The notes: generated by a model from the sequence alone, not told the origin. A stretch of DNA of 64,000 bases from Eledone cirrhosa (GCA_964016885.1 OZ024743.1:274908001-274972000); one strand, 5' to 3'; numbered from the stretch's first letter, positions 25,150-39,111 are shown. A program made the numbers and translations.

Positions 25150-27990
25150 GATCCATCACCAACCATACCACTACCAGCACCATCACCACCACCATCAGCA
25201 CCACCAACAATACCACTACCAGAATCATCACTACCACCATCAACACCACCACCAACAATACCACTACCAGAATCATCACCACCATCACCACCACCACCAA
25301 CAATACCACTACCAGAATCATCACCACCATCACCACCACCACCACCAACAACAATACCACTACCAGAATCATCACCACCATCACCACCACCACCACCACC
25401 AACAATACCACTACCAGAATCATCACCACCATCACCACCACCAACAACAATACCACTACCAGAATCATCACCACCATCACCACCACCAACAACAATACCA
25501 CTACCAGAATCATCACCACCATCACCACCACCACCAACAATACCACTACCAGAATCATCACCACCATCACCACCACCACCAACAATACCACTACCAGAAT
25601 CATCACCACCATCACCACCACCACCACCAACAACAATACCACTACCAGAATCATCACCACCATCACCACCACCACCAACAATACCACTACCAGAATCATC
25701 ACCACCATCACCACCACCACCAACAATACCACTACCAAAATCATCACCACCATCAACACCACCACCAACAATACCACTACCAAAATCATCACCACCATCA
25801 CCACCACCACCACCACCAACAATACCACTACCAGAATCATCACCACCATCACCACCACCACCAACAATACCACTACCAGAATCATCACCACCATCACCAC
25901 CACCACCAACAATACCACTACCAGAATCATCACCACCATCACCACCACCACCAACAATACCACTACCAGAATCATCACCACCATCACCACCACCACCAAC
26001 AATCCACTACCAGAATCATCACCATCAACACCACCACTAACAATACCACTACCAAAATCATCACCACCATCACCACCACCACCAACAATACCACTACCAG
26101 AATCATCACCACCATCACCACCACCACCAACAATACCACTACCAAAATCATCACCACCATCACCACCACCACCAACAATACCACTACCAAAATCATCACC
26201 ACCATCACCACCACCACCACCACCAACAATACCACTACCAGAATCATCACCACCATCACCACCACCACCAACAATACCACTACCAGAATCATCACCACCA
26301 TCACCACCACCACCAACAATCCACTACCAGAATCATCACCACCATCACCACCACAACCACCAACAATACCACTACCAGAATCATCACCACCATCACCACC
26401 ACCACCACCAACAATACCACTACCAGAATCATCACCACCATCACCACCACCACCACCAACAATCCACTACCAGAATCATCACCATCACCACCACCACCAC
26501 CAACAATACCACTACCAGAATCATCACCATCACCACCACCAACAATACCACTACCAGAATCATCACCACCACCATCAACACCACCACCAACAATACCACT
26601 ACCAGAATCATCACCACCATCACCACCACCACCAACAATCCACTACCAGAATCATCACCACCACCATCAACACCACCACCAACAATACCACTACCAGAAT
26701 CATCACCACCATCACCACCACCACCAACAATCCACTACCAGAATCATCACCACCACCATCAACACCACCACCAACAATACCACTACCAAAATCATCACCA
26801 CCACCATCACCACCACCACCAACAATCCACTACCAGAATCATCACCACCACCATCACCACCACCACCAACAATCCACTACCAGAATCATCACCACCACCA
26901 TCAACACCACCACCAACAATACCACTACCAGAATCATCACCACCATCACCACCACCACCAACAATCCACTACCAGAATCATCACCACCACCATCAACACC
27001 ACCACCAACAATACCACTACCAAAATCATCACCACCACCATCACCACCACCACCAACAATCCACTACCAGAATCATCACCACCACCATCAACACCACCAC
27101 CAACAATACCACTACCAGAATCATCACCACCATCACCACCACCACCAACAATACCACTACCAGAATCATCACCACCATCACCACCACCACCAACAATCCA
27201 CTACCAGAATCATCACCACCACCATCACCACCACCACCAACAATACCACTACCAGAATCATCACCACCATCACCACCACCACCAACAATACCACTACCAG
27301 AATCATCACCACCATCACCACCACCACCAACAATCCACTACCAGAATCATCACCACCACCATCACCACCACCACCAACAATACCACTACCAGAATCATCA
27401 CCACCATCACCACCACCACCAACAATACCACTACCAGAATCATCACCACCATCACCACCACCACCAACAATCCACTACCAGAATCATCACCACCATCACC
27501 ACCACCACCAACAATACCACTACCAGAATCATCACCACCATCACCACCACCACCAACAATCCACTACCAGAATCATCACCACCACCATCACCACCACCAC
27601 CAACAATACCACTACCAGAATCATCACCACCATCACCACCACCACCAACAATACCACTACCAGAATCATCACCACCACCATCACCACCACCACCAACAAT
27701 ACCACTACCAGAATCATCACCACCACCATCACCATCACCACCACCATCACCACCACCACCATCACCACCACCAACAACAATACCACTACCAGAATCATCA
27801 CCACCACCATCACCACCACCACCACCAACAATACCACTACCAGAATCATCACCACCACCATCACCACCACCACCAACAACAATACCACTACCAGAATCAT
27901 CACCATCACCATCACCACCACCACCAACAACAATACCACTACCAGAATCATCACCATCACCACCACCACCAGCACCAGCACCCCCCCCCC
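25150..27990. repeat. ~2.8-kb minisatellite, ~42-bp unit (aacaataccactaccagaatcatcaccaccatcaccaccaccacc)
   Basis: Direct reading; source of the 988-aa low-complexity ORF. Confidence 0.95.
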
Positions 27991-28264
27991 ACCGGCCACC
28001 ACGAACAGCAACAACAACAATAATACAACTAGTAACGCCATCAACCAGATAGCACCACTAATAATAACAACAAACACAACAATACACTCATCAGTCCTAG
28101 CACCACCAACAACAATTACAACGTTATCTCCAGCACCAGCATCAATAACACCAATATAGGGGGACGGAGATATGGACACTATTGGGGCGTAAATACGCAA
28201 CTAGTGACACGAAAACCCTTTTTGTAGAGTGAGAGTGGAAGAGAGATAAAAGGATAGATGGGGC

Positions 28265-28265
<1 letters not shown>

Positions 28266-28322
<57 letters not shown>
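28266..28322. repeat. (GATA)n microsatellite
   Basis: Direct reading. Confidence 0.9.
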
Positions 28323-28325
<3 letters not shown>

Positions 28326-28675
28326 TATCTATCTACCTATCTATCTATATATAGGTGGGAAGATCGATGGATAGACAAATAAAAGGAGAGATGGATGAAT
28401 TAATGGATAAAAGGAAAAATGAAAAGAAATAACCAAGTAGATAAAAAGATAGATAGATGATTAGATACATAGATAAAACGATAACGAGAATGTCTATGTG
28501 TGAATGATAGAGAGAATATTAAGGTTCTATAAGGGAAGGAGAGAGAGAGTGGGGGGGGGGTCTGCGTATTGGTGTGAAAAAGATGGTGGCAGTGTATGTG
28601 ACAGTGTATGTATGGTGGATTGTGTGTGGTAGTGAATGTGAGCGATATGTATAAATATATATCTGTATGTGTGTG

Positions 28676-28706
<31 letters not shown>

Positions 28707-28708
<2 letters not shown>

Positions 28709-29468
28709 CATCATCATCATTTTACGTCCGCTTTTCCCTGCTTGCAAGGGTGGGACTGGTCTTATTTAGCACAGCATCTTTCCACTTGTCATGGTCCTTC
28801 GTCATCTCCACCGTGAGCTTTAGCGATCTGAGGTCTGTTCTCACCACCTCCGCCCATGTTTTTCGTGGTCTACCTCTACCACGTCTTCCTTCAACTGGCA
28901 TTTCCTGGCACTTCTTCATCCATCTGTCATCCTCCATGCGCATCACATGTCCATACCACCTCAGTCTCCTCTCTCGCACACTACATTCTATCCCTCCCAG
29001 ACACAGTTTCTCTCTCAACACATTCATGCTGGGTCGTTCACGCACATTGACATTGTACATCCAACGGAGCATGCTTGCCTCATTTCTCTCCAGCCGTCGC
29101 ATATCCTCTGCAGTTGCTGCCCATGTCTCACTGCCATGCAGTATCGCGCTCCTCACACAGGCATCATATGACTGGACTTTCGTACGCAGGGGGAAACCCT
29201 TCTTCGTCAGCAGAGGAAGAAGCTCCCTAAACTTCTTCCAACCTGTCCTTATTCTAGATACTATGGCCACGGAACACCCCCCTCCCATGCTAATCTGATC
29301 TCCTAGGTACCGGAAGCTATCCACCCCTTCTATAGCACCCTCCTGCATTTGAAAAATGTGTCTATCAATGCGACTTCTACTGTCTAATTTCCCTGTACAT
29401 CTCCTGCATACGTATTTCTCCCTACCTGTTAGTTTGCCTGCTATCCCACTACATCTCTTGTGTACCCA
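28707..29468 (-). mobile_element. RTE-clade LINE, 5'-truncated (ORF2 C-terminal part)
   Basis: FRYLGD...SRIRTGWKKFREL...ILHGSETW...RERRLRWYGHVMRM...RGRGRPRKTW; upstream WVHKRCSG...CRRC; (ATG)n tail at ~28707-28720. Confidence 0.9.
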
Positions 29469-29677
29469 GGATATATATATATTTAGCTTGATTTGCTTTT
29501 TGGCTTAGGTGGTTGATGCTTTCTTGACCACTTATTCAGTTTTGTATTGCGTTTTGACATATTGTTTTGCTCTGGTTTTTTAACTATGGAGCGCTTGCCA
29601 GCATAATTCTGATTTTTGCGTTTCGTTTCGCTTTTTCTACCCGCCGAAGTGTGATTCTCGCTGAATTTATATATATA

Positions 29678-29877
29678 ATATGGAAAACGAAGAAACAGTG
29701 ATGCATCGAAACACAATGCATTAACGTATTACAAATGTTTCTCCGGCGAACAGCTCGAGGTACGATCTATTTGCGGATCGAACCTGACTCTGGATTCGCA
29801 AGTTCCTCAGATACTCTGCTCTGAAGGAGCATAGAGTGATCAACCGGCATACCGCCTATGGACGCATCTAAGCAACC

Positions 29878-29880
<3 letters not shown>
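29678..29880. mobile_element. (TA)n-flanked repeat, rearranged relative of 38645-39025
   Basis: aatggaaaacga...gtgatgcatcg...acctgactctggattc shared; the tail is the reverse complement of 38650-38716. Confidence 0.6.
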
Positions 29881-29929
<49 letters not shown>

Positions 29930-30144
29930 GTATATATATATATCTGAATTTGTTTAGCAAGATTCTTTATCTGAAAACGTGTGTTGAAACCGATATTGTT
30001 ATACTTTGGGAGGGTCATGTTGCCAATAAGAAACACACGCACCAGTTGATTTCACTCCAATTTATTATAAATTAAATTTATTGATTTAAGAATTTATAAA
30101 TTTTCGGTTGGTTGGTTCCACAACCGGACGGTTGTTCATATATT

Positions 30145-30187
30145 GTCAAAATTCTTTCGTCACACATTCTGTGACCTCTTCAGTGAC
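30145..30187 (-). ncRNA. Minimal type I hammerhead ribozyme
   Basis: gtca-CTGAAGA-g-gtcaca.gaatg.tgtgac-GAAA-gaat-TT-tgac on the minus strand. Confidence 0.6.
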
Positions 30188-30297
30188 TGGGGATTCTTTT
30201 CTTTGTTTTGTACCTCTCCTTTGTTCTGTCCTACGCCAAAACAAGATGTCGTAGGACAGAACAAAGGAGAGGCACAAAACAAAGAAAAGAATCCCCA

Positions 30298-30340
30298 GTC
30301 ACTGAAGAGGTCACAAAATGTGTGACGAAAGAATTTTGAC
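30298..30340 (+). ncRNA. Minimal type I hammerhead ribozyme
   Basis: gtca-CTGAAGA-g-gtcaca.aaatg.tgtgac-GAAA-gaat-TT-tgac. Confidence 0.6.
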
Positions 30341-30488
30341 AATATATGAACAACCGTCCGGTTGTGGAACCAACCAACCAACAAGAAATTTATAAATTCT
30401 TAAATTTATAAATTTAATTTATAATAAATTGGAGTGAAAGCAACTGGTGCGTGTGTTTCTTATTGGCAACATGACCCTCCCAAAGTAT

Positions 30489-30556
<68 letters not shown>

Positions 30557-30585
30557 ATATATATATATGTATATATATGTATATA

Positions 30586-30674
<89 letters not shown>

Positions 30675-30677
30675 ATA

Positions 30678-30727
<50 letters not shown>

Positions 30728-30836
30728 AAAAAGTATGACCCCCTATTACCTATTTCCTATTACCCACTCTACAACCCTAAGTACTGAGTACTCTGGTGCG
30801 TTATGGTCCATCTGGTTCCTTACCACAATTCCTTCG

Positions 30837-30911
<75 letters not shown>

Positions 30912-30918
<7 letters not shown>

Positions 30919-31452
30919 TGTTTATTAAAATAATCAAATTAAATTAATTCAACAGTTAAACACATATAGGAATAATAAGTTTATTACCAAAGAGCCAGAA
31001 GATTGACAAGTCGACCCTAAATATGTCTAATAGCTCTAGGAAAGCACAGCACCACATCTTTTTAACTTTGATTTTGAAAGTAAGTTTATAATTATTAATT
31101 TTCATTATACTTTTGTAGCTGTCTCGGCGGCCTAGTTGGGGGAATCATAGACGGTGGTGATCTTCGCCTGAAGTTCGATCCTGTTCGGGATTAGGGTTCC
31201 CGGTAAACCTTTTCAGTTTCTTTCTATTGGTTGCAAAATAAAAACTGAAAAAAGGTTACATGTACCTCTTGACCAGCATTGAACCCAAGACCAGGATCTC
31301 GAACGTCTCTAGTACCTGCCGGTAGTACACTGAGACAACTACGAAAACCTACTGAAAATTCATACTTATAAACCTACTTTCAAAATTATCAATACAAAAT
31401 GATCTGCCGTTCATGTCTTTCTTAGTGTTATTGCGCCTACTTAAGGTCGACT
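30912..31452. mobile_element. Fold-back element adjoining (TA)n, copy 2 (more complete)
   Basis: aagtcgaccctaa (~31008) pairs with ttaaggtcgactt (~31441); inner arms as in copy 1. Confidence 0.6.
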
Positions 31453-31877
31453 TCCATATCATTTGAGAGTTCCATAAACTACATCCTCGTTTTGTTTCTC
31501 ATCTGTCTAGACTATATTTCAACCTGTTGTCCATGTTTCATTTCTGTTGCACCTCATTTCTCCTCCTCCTCCTCCTCCCCCTCCCCCCACCACCACCCTC
31601 AACCCCAACTCTCTCTCTATCTTTCTGTGATATTTTAATCTACTGTGATTCCACAAGTCACCAGCAATTTTGAGGCGAGAAGAAAAATCTACTGCATCGA
31701 TACCAGTAAATCATTGGTGCTTTATTTTATCTCCTCCGGGTAGATGAAAAGCAAAATTAACTACGGCGGGATTTGAACTCAGAACGTAAAGGCCTATAAC
31801 TAAATACCGCAACGATCGAGAACTAAATACCGCTCTATAACTAAATACCGCTTTAACCATCCTACAAATATACGTAA

Positions 31878-32048
31878 TAATTGTTTCTACTTTTGGCACA
31901 AGGCCAGCATTACTGCTGCTCTATTTTATAGACCCCTTAAGCATCAAAGTTAACCTCGGCAGGATTTGAACTCAGACCGTAAAGGGCCGTAACTCTATGC
32001 TGCTAAGTATGCCGTCCGACCCTCTACCGATACTGCCAATCCACAGCC
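31878..32048 (-). mobile_element. SINE family A with probable TSD
   Basis: Family A body; caaatata(c/g)gtaataat on both sides. Confidence 0.75.
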
Positions 32049-32389
32049 AAATATAGGTAATAATGCATTCAACGTTGAGAATATTGCATCAAGTTCAAAA
32101 ACATATGATAGCTTCTAGCTGACTTCTTGATGGTGAATCACCGTTATCGTCTAAGTAAATTTTAGTACATGAATAAGCCCCCTACGGTGATGTATGTATG
32201 TATGTATGTATGTATGTATATGTATTATGTATATATGTATGTATGTATGTATGTATTATGTATGTATGCATTATGTATGTATGTATGTATGTGTGTATGT
32301 ACGTATGTATGTATGTACGTATGCACATGTGCATAAATGTATGTATGCATGTTCGTGTAACCAAGAAAGATAAAGAAAATAAGAATATA

Positions 32390-32426
<37 letters not shown>

Positions 32427-32458
32427 ATAAAGAAACGCAGGAGTCAATTGTACATAGT

Positions 32459-32548
<90 letters not shown>

Positions 32549-32949
32549 TATACACCCATACACACACACGCACATACATTCTTACATACATGCATACATA
32601 CATGCATGCATAAGTAGAAAAAAAAAAGAGATAGAAAGATGGAGATGTGTTTCGTTATTTTGTAAAAAGTAAAATTATCTTTGATTGAAAATATACATCA
32701 TTAGTCATTACTTATTGATAAATATATATGAACAATTCTTCCTTCTCAGTTCTCGCTGTTATTTCTTCATGTTATTTTTTTCGCCATATACTCTTTGATA
32801 CTCTTATGGATTAGTCAGTGAATGTTACGTTTGGTTTGTAGAATTAGTCAGTTTTAGTGTTTGTTTACGTGTTTCTATGATAAATCTATATGTTAATTTG
32901 TATGACGAATCTCTGTTTTGCTTTGGTTCTTATTTATCCACACACCAAG

Positions 32950-34040
32950 AAGTCTTAGTGATCAAAAGCATTCTAGTCGTGCCCATTACGTTGTTGTTTT
33001 AGTTTTTTGGGTTTTTTTTTTACTTTAACCAACAAGTGCCCTCTGTGATTATAGTCATGTAACCGCGACCGTCATGTTCTATCTGTTGTTTGGCCCCCTC
33101 GAAATCACTCTAGCTGTGGCCATCATTTTCTGGTTGCTGTTTTTTGTCCCCTCCTTAGCTTGTCCGTGTAATCAAAGGTATTATAGCTGAGACCATCAGG
33201 TCTTGGACGTTGTTTAGCCCCCTAGCAGCCACAGTGATTAAAAACATTCTAACAGGGAACATACCGTTCTGGTTATTTAACTTTAGTGGAACCTTTGATC
33301 AAAGACATTCAAACCGTAACCGTCACTCTCTGGTAGTTATCGTTTAGTCCCACTCAAGCACCCTATGTGATCAGTCAATCTAGCCGTGGCCATCCCGTCC
33401 TGGATGTTGTTTTTTAGCCCCTCCCAAGTAGCCTATGTGATGAAAGTCAGTCACACCCTAGTTATTGTTTAGCTGGCCCGTATGATCAAAGACAACTTAT
33501 CTGTGACTATTATGTCCCGATAATTATTGTTTAGTCACTCTCAAACACCCTTTGTGATCAAAGTCAATCTAGCCGTGGCCATCCTGTCCTGCATGTTGTT
33601 TTCGTTAGTCCCTCTCAAGTAGCCCATGGGATCAAATAGGTCTAGCGCTGGCTATCACACCCTGGTTGATGCTTAGTACCTCACTAGCTGGACCGTGTAA
33701 TCAAAGGCAACATCGTCGCAACCGTCACGTCCTGGCTATTATTGTTTGGTCCCTCACAAGTTGGTCGTGTCATTAAAGGTATTATAGCTGCAACAATCAG
33801 TTGATTAGTCCCTCTCCAGCTGGACCACGTGGTCAAAGGCTCTATATCCGTGACCATCACTACCAGGCTGTTATTTAGCTCCTCTCAAGCTGGCCTACTT
33901 GATCAAAGATTTTATAACCATGACTATCCCACCTGGTTGTTGTTTAGTCTCTAAGGTATCTCAGTGATCAAAGTCATTCTAGCCGTGACTATCATGTAAT
34001 AGTTGTTTAACATCCAAGTAGCCCTGTGACCAAAGGACAT
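32950..34040. repeat. Degenerate tandem array, ~17 units of ~60-73 bp
   Basis: Recurrent gtgatcaaag.cattctagccgtgaccatc....cctggttgttgtttagcccc. Confidence 0.8.
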
Positions 34041-34379
34041 TAGCATGAAGGAATTTTCAAAAGCCGCCGTTCTGAGAAAGAAAGACTGGATTTTGTGGTT
34101 CGTGTAAGGTCATAGGGGTTTGACACAACAAGGATGATGAAAAGAGAAGCGAAGGGTGAGTCGGGTTTACTTTAATGGTCTTTGGATTTGGCCTCAGATC
34201 AGCAAGCTCCGAGAACCTGAGACCAATACATATATACAGATATCTACATTTTCGGTAGAGCTGTTCTACTAGAGAACTGGTCGCAGGTGACGGATAACAA
34301 TACGGCTACCAGATATGATGGTTAGTTGCGAGCACCTCCCGGACGAATAAGCAGCCCCGGATCAATAGCGGTAAACTAC

Positions 34380-34850
34380 TAGAGGAGATGGAGCAATGAG
34401 TAGCCCTATTAACTAAAAAAAAAACTCTCACAACACAATGATAAGGCTATGATGAAACGAGTAAGGGCCGCCTCTAAAATAGCCAAGTCTTCGCGAGTCT
34501 GAGAAAAGTACCAGATTGGTGACTGGCGCGAAAAAGACCTCCAGAACTGTAATATGGTGTGAGATAGACGCACAAAGATTGCATATCCCAAGACCCCAAA
34601 GAGGGTTCAGAAGCGAGCAAACCGTAACAATTGCAACCTGGAACATCACAACCCTTACAGGTAAAAAGCAGGTTCTAGTGGAGGAGACTAAATGCTACCG
34701 GCTAGATGTAACTGGGGTTTCCTTAACAAAGTTCCATGGCGCTGATACTGTAGATTTGAACGGAGGATGGAAACTCCACTATTCAAGTGTGGTGCCTGAA
34801 ATGACTGCACAGGCGGAAGTGAGGATACTCACAAGCCCCGGCTGTCAGAA
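34380..34850 (+). mobile_element. RTE-clade LINE 5' fragment (APE endonuclease N-terminus)
   Basis: TIATWNITTLTGK...LVEETKCYRLDVTGVSLTK...DLNGGWKLHYS matches the APE motif (i.TWNv.tL...lDi.gvsETk). Confidence 0.75.
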
Positions 34851-35834
34851 TTTTTTATGAACTAGGAATCGAATAACTAGTACTTTATTCATCGATCCCG
34901 AATAGAATAAATACAAAGTTAACCTCGGTGGGATTTGAACTCATAACGTAAACAACTGGAGCAAATACTGCAAGACATTTCTTCCATGCTGTAACAATTC
35001 TATCAATCCAGCCGCCCTCACAAAGGCATATAATAGTACATCTAATAGTAGTGTAGTGTTGTTATAAAGTTTCGGTGAACCAATCAGAATGATCTCCCTT
35101 ACTATTTTACACGTGACCCAGTAAAATACAAGAACATAACAGTATCTCTTCACACGTTTCATCCATATCAATTTACCTACTTACTTCCCTCCCTTTGTAA
35201 ACTTAGCCCTGCCGAAGGCTTCGTAGCTTTTGTTGGAAATCACAAGTATTTACTTATTTATTTAATGTTGGGGTGTAACCTATCTCAGTAAAATGAAATG
35301 ACCTTTAGGTGAAGGTCAACACACATCCATCCATACATACATACATACATACATACATACATACATACATACATACATACATACATACATACATGCATGC
35401 ATGCATGCATGCATGCATGCATGCATACATACATACATACATACATACATACATACATACATACATACATACATACATACATACATACATACATACATAC
35501 ATACATACATACATACATACATAGCCAGAGGAATGGTTTGCCAATACGCAACAAACATAACAACACTGTGATAGAAATTTGAACATTTTAAAGGTAGCAA
35601 CAACACAGAGAAACATAATTAGATATATACAAAACAATAACAAAATAACAATGACTGACAAACATAACAATAACAATAACAACAATGGTGGCAGCAACAA
35701 CGACAATATGAACAACAATAACAACGATAACTTCTAACAATGATAACTAATACCAGCTGCATTATATCTGGCTTGTCTGATTGAAGCTTGGTAAAATAAA
35801 CAGCCATAACGATAGCGACAAGAACAGCAGCTGC

Positions 35835-35837
35835 GGC

Positions 35838-35918
<81 letters not shown>

Positions 35919-36680
35919 AACAACAACAACAACAAAAGCAGCTACAACAACATCAGAAATAACAACAGCAACAGCAACAGCAACAACATCAAGAACAACA
36001 ACAACAACAACAACAACAACACCAGCAACCGCAACAACACCAGCAACAACAACAGCAACAACAACAACAGCAACAGCAGCGACAACAACAACAACAACAG
36101 CAACAACAACAACAGCAACAACAACAGCAACAACAGCAACAACAGCAACAACAACACCAACAACAACAGCAACAACAACACCAACAATAACACCAACAAC
36201 AGCAACAACACCAACAACAACACCAACAACAACAGCAACAACAACACCAACAACAACAACAGCAACAACAACACCAACAACAACAACAGCAACAACAGCA
36301 GCAACAAGATCACAATAACAACAGCAACAACAGCAACAACAACACCAACAACAACAACGACAGCAACACCATCAACAACAACAGCAACAACAACACCAAC
36401 AACAGCAGCAACAACAGCAGCAACAACAGCAGCAACAAGATCACAATAACAACAACAGCAACAACAGCAATACCCACAGCTGCAACACAACAGCAACGCT
36501 GACATCAAAAACAGAAGCAGCAGCAACAACAACAACATTAACAATAACAACAGCAACCACAACAACAACACTAGCAGCAGCAGCAACAAAAATAGCATCA
36601 TAAACATCAGCAGCCGCAACATCAACAGTAGTAACAAGAACAATATCGACAACATCAACAAGATCATCATCATCATCATC
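35835..36680. repeat. (AAC/AGC)n trinucleotide tract
   Basis: Direct reading. Confidence 0.9.
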
Positions 36681-36813
36681 TACAAGCCAGTGTAACCGTT
36701 TGAATGTGGTCACTCGAACTGCTAGAAAAAACAGCCACAGCTGCCTCAAATCACACAGCTCTATCTTTAAAGAGAAGAAAGGACATATTTGGTAATGTGA
36801 TCCTATGTGTAGT

Positions 36814-36951
36814 GAAGAAGAAGAAGAAGAAGAAGAAGAAGAAGAAGAAGAAGAAGAAGAAGAAGAAGAAGAAGAAGAAGAAGAAGAAGAAGAAGAAGAA
36901 GAAGAAGAAGAAGAAGAAGAAGAAGAAGAAGAAGAAGAAGAAGAAGAAGAA
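36814..36951. repeat. (GAA)n microsatellite
   Basis: Direct reading. Confidence 0.95.
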
Positions 36952-37187
36952 ACGGAGTAACGCTTTTGCATCTCTGTCCGCTGGGACCAAGAGGCAACCT
37001 CCACTTGAGGTTTTGCCCTGCAGAGACAGAATGCACGAACGAAAGAGCGTGACAACATATTATTGGTTGATTCGTTGGTACGGTTTGTCAGTAAATATAT
37101 ACCCCCACTCTCACTAAGCGTGAAACTAATAATATTTGTAACATTTACTCCTGTGTTTGTCTGTTTTTTTATTTTTGTTTTTTGTTT

Positions 37188-37241
<54 letters not shown>

Positions 37242-37273
37242 AGATCAAAAGATGGTTAAAAGAGTTCCAAGTA

Positions 37274-37340
37274 TTTTATTATACGCATTTCAAAAACAAA
37301 TATCATCATGGGATGATATCTGCGTTCTCATCAGATAAAA
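37274..37340 (-). ncRNA. Hammerhead ribozyme motif
   Basis: ttttat-CTGATGA-gaacgcagatatcatc.ccat.gatgatatttgttttt-GAAA-tgcg-TA-taataaaa. Confidence 0.55.
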
Positions 37341-37395
37341 TAGGGAGACATGATATGAAGCTTAAAAAACACTTGTGAGCAGTGAAGTTTTAAAT

Positions 37396-37441
<46 letters not shown>

Positions 37442-37550
37442 ATTTAAAACTTCACTGCTCATATATATATATATATTGCCGCTGGTCGTGACCGTTGGCG
37501 AGTACTTACTGCTCGATGCACCGAACGACGCGGAAGAATCTAAGATAAGA

Positions 37551-37627
<77 letters not shown>

Positions 37628-37698
37628 CAAGGTTTAGCAAATAATAAGAAAAAGTTTCAAAATAAATTTCAAAAAATTCACTGTACTTACTATTGTTA

Positions 37699-37783
37699 CC
37701 TTTACTGAATCGATTTCGAGTCTCAAAAATAAATGCACAGTCCTTGCGGTCTTCCATTGTAAAGATAAACTCTCGTCAGAAGG
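37699..37783 (-). ncRNA. Hammerhead ribozyme motif
   Basis: cctt-CTGACGA-gagtt...gactc-GAAA-tcga-TT(C)...aagg; AATCGATT palindrome; stem I register imperfect. Confidence 0.5.
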
Positions 37784-37807
37784 TTCTTTTCACTCGGAGA
37801 ATATAAA

Positions 37808-37853
<46 letters not shown>

Positions 37854-38269
37854 TGTATATATATATATATATATAAAGCAGTGATTCTTTGCTTAAACTT
37901 TAATCTGTTATTTTAATAAATATTTGCTGTATGGTTATATATATTTTGATATATATATTATACGTATCGAGCCCTCTTCGGATTTTAGTCTTCACATTTA
38001 TTATTATTACTAAATATATATATACAGAAAAGACGCAATGTTTAGAAAAATCACAGAGGCAATAAACATAAATGAACTCCAACCAAAATTAAATAGAAAA
38101 CATGAATGGAACAGCAACATCACAACTTACAATTAAGGACAAAATGAAAACACACACGCACATAGAACAAACAACCAACCAGTAACATGTAAATAAACAA
38201 ATAAATAAACAAATATAAACACACACAGACACCCGGATGTAACACATGCGCAAACTAAGCACACAACAC

Positions 38270-38609
38270 ACACAAAAACAAGATGGCGTAGGACAGAACA
38301 AAGGAGAGGCACAAAAACAAAGAAAAGAATCCCCAGTCACTGAAGAGGTCACAGAATGTGTGACGAAAGAACTTTGACAATATATAAACAATCATCTGGT
38401 TGTGGAACCAACCAACCAACCGGAAATTTATAAATTCCTAAATTTATAAATTTATTATAATAAATTGAAGTGAAAGCAACTGGTGCGTGTGTTTCTTATT
38501 GGCAACATGACCCTCCCAAAGTATAACAATATCGGTTTCAACACACGTTTTCAATCGGTTTCAACACACGTTTTCAGATAAAGAATCTTGCTAAACAAAT
38601 TCAGAAACG

Positions 38610-38610
<1 letters not shown>
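38270..38610 (+). mobile_element. Copy of the 29943-30495 family ending at (TA)n
   Basis: Near-identical to 30240-30495, then continues as the reverse complement of 29943-29995. Confidence 0.75.
38336..38378 (+). ncRNA. Minimal type I hammerhead ribozyme
   Basis: gtca-CTGAAGA-g-gtcaca.gaatg.tgtgac-GAAA-gaac-TT-tgac. Confidence 0.65.
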
Positions 38611-38643
<33 letters not shown>

Positions 38644-38644
38644 C

Positions 38645-39025
38645 TACTGGTAGCTAAGATGCTTCCATAGGCGGTATGCTGGTTGAGCACTCTATGCTCC
38701 TACGGAGCAGAGTATGATAGAATGGAAAACGAAAAATCAGTGATGCATCGGAACTCAATTTATTGCGTATGACAATTGTTTCCCCGGCGAACAGCTCAAG
38801 GTGCGATCTGTGTGTGGATCGACCTGACTCTGGATTCACAGGTTTCTCAGACACGTCTGTTGATTTCGGAGCAAATCCTCTTTCGAAATCAATGGACGTG
38901 TCTCAGGAACCTGTGAATCCAGAGTCAGGTCGACCCACACACAGATCGCACCTCGAGCTGGGGAAACAATTGTAATACGCAATAAATTGAGTTCCGATAC
39001 ATCACTAATTTTTCGTTTTCCATTA
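38645..39025. mobile_element. (TA)n-flanked element with a ~145-bp-arm hairpin
   Basis: 38721-38868 is inverted at ~38884-39025. Confidence 0.7.
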
Positions 39026-39111
39026 TATATATATATATATATAGTGGTAGTACACTGGAAGGTAATATCCGTAGTGGTAGAGCACTCAGTCCATGGGACG
39101 AATTAGGTAGA

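Larger units (their letters stand above)
29943..30495. mobile_element. (TA)n-flanked palindromic element, ~245-bp arms, one hammerhead per arm
   Basis: 29993-30238 is inverted at 30247-30495 around a short loop; single-arm copy at 38270-38610. Confidence 0.8.

Noticed and set aside
25086-28052. 988-aa ORF resembling a mucin or extensin
   Set aside because: Pure minisatellite lacking stop codons; frame-cycling by 1-bp indels; TTG start; no signal peptide or domain.
32950-34040. CRISPR-like periodicity
   Set aside because: Whole units are homologous and degenerate, there are no unique spacers or cas genes, and the context is eukaryotic.
35205-35245. Hammerhead-like ctgccga...gaaa
   Set aside because: Core mutated, and spacing to GAAA does not fit.
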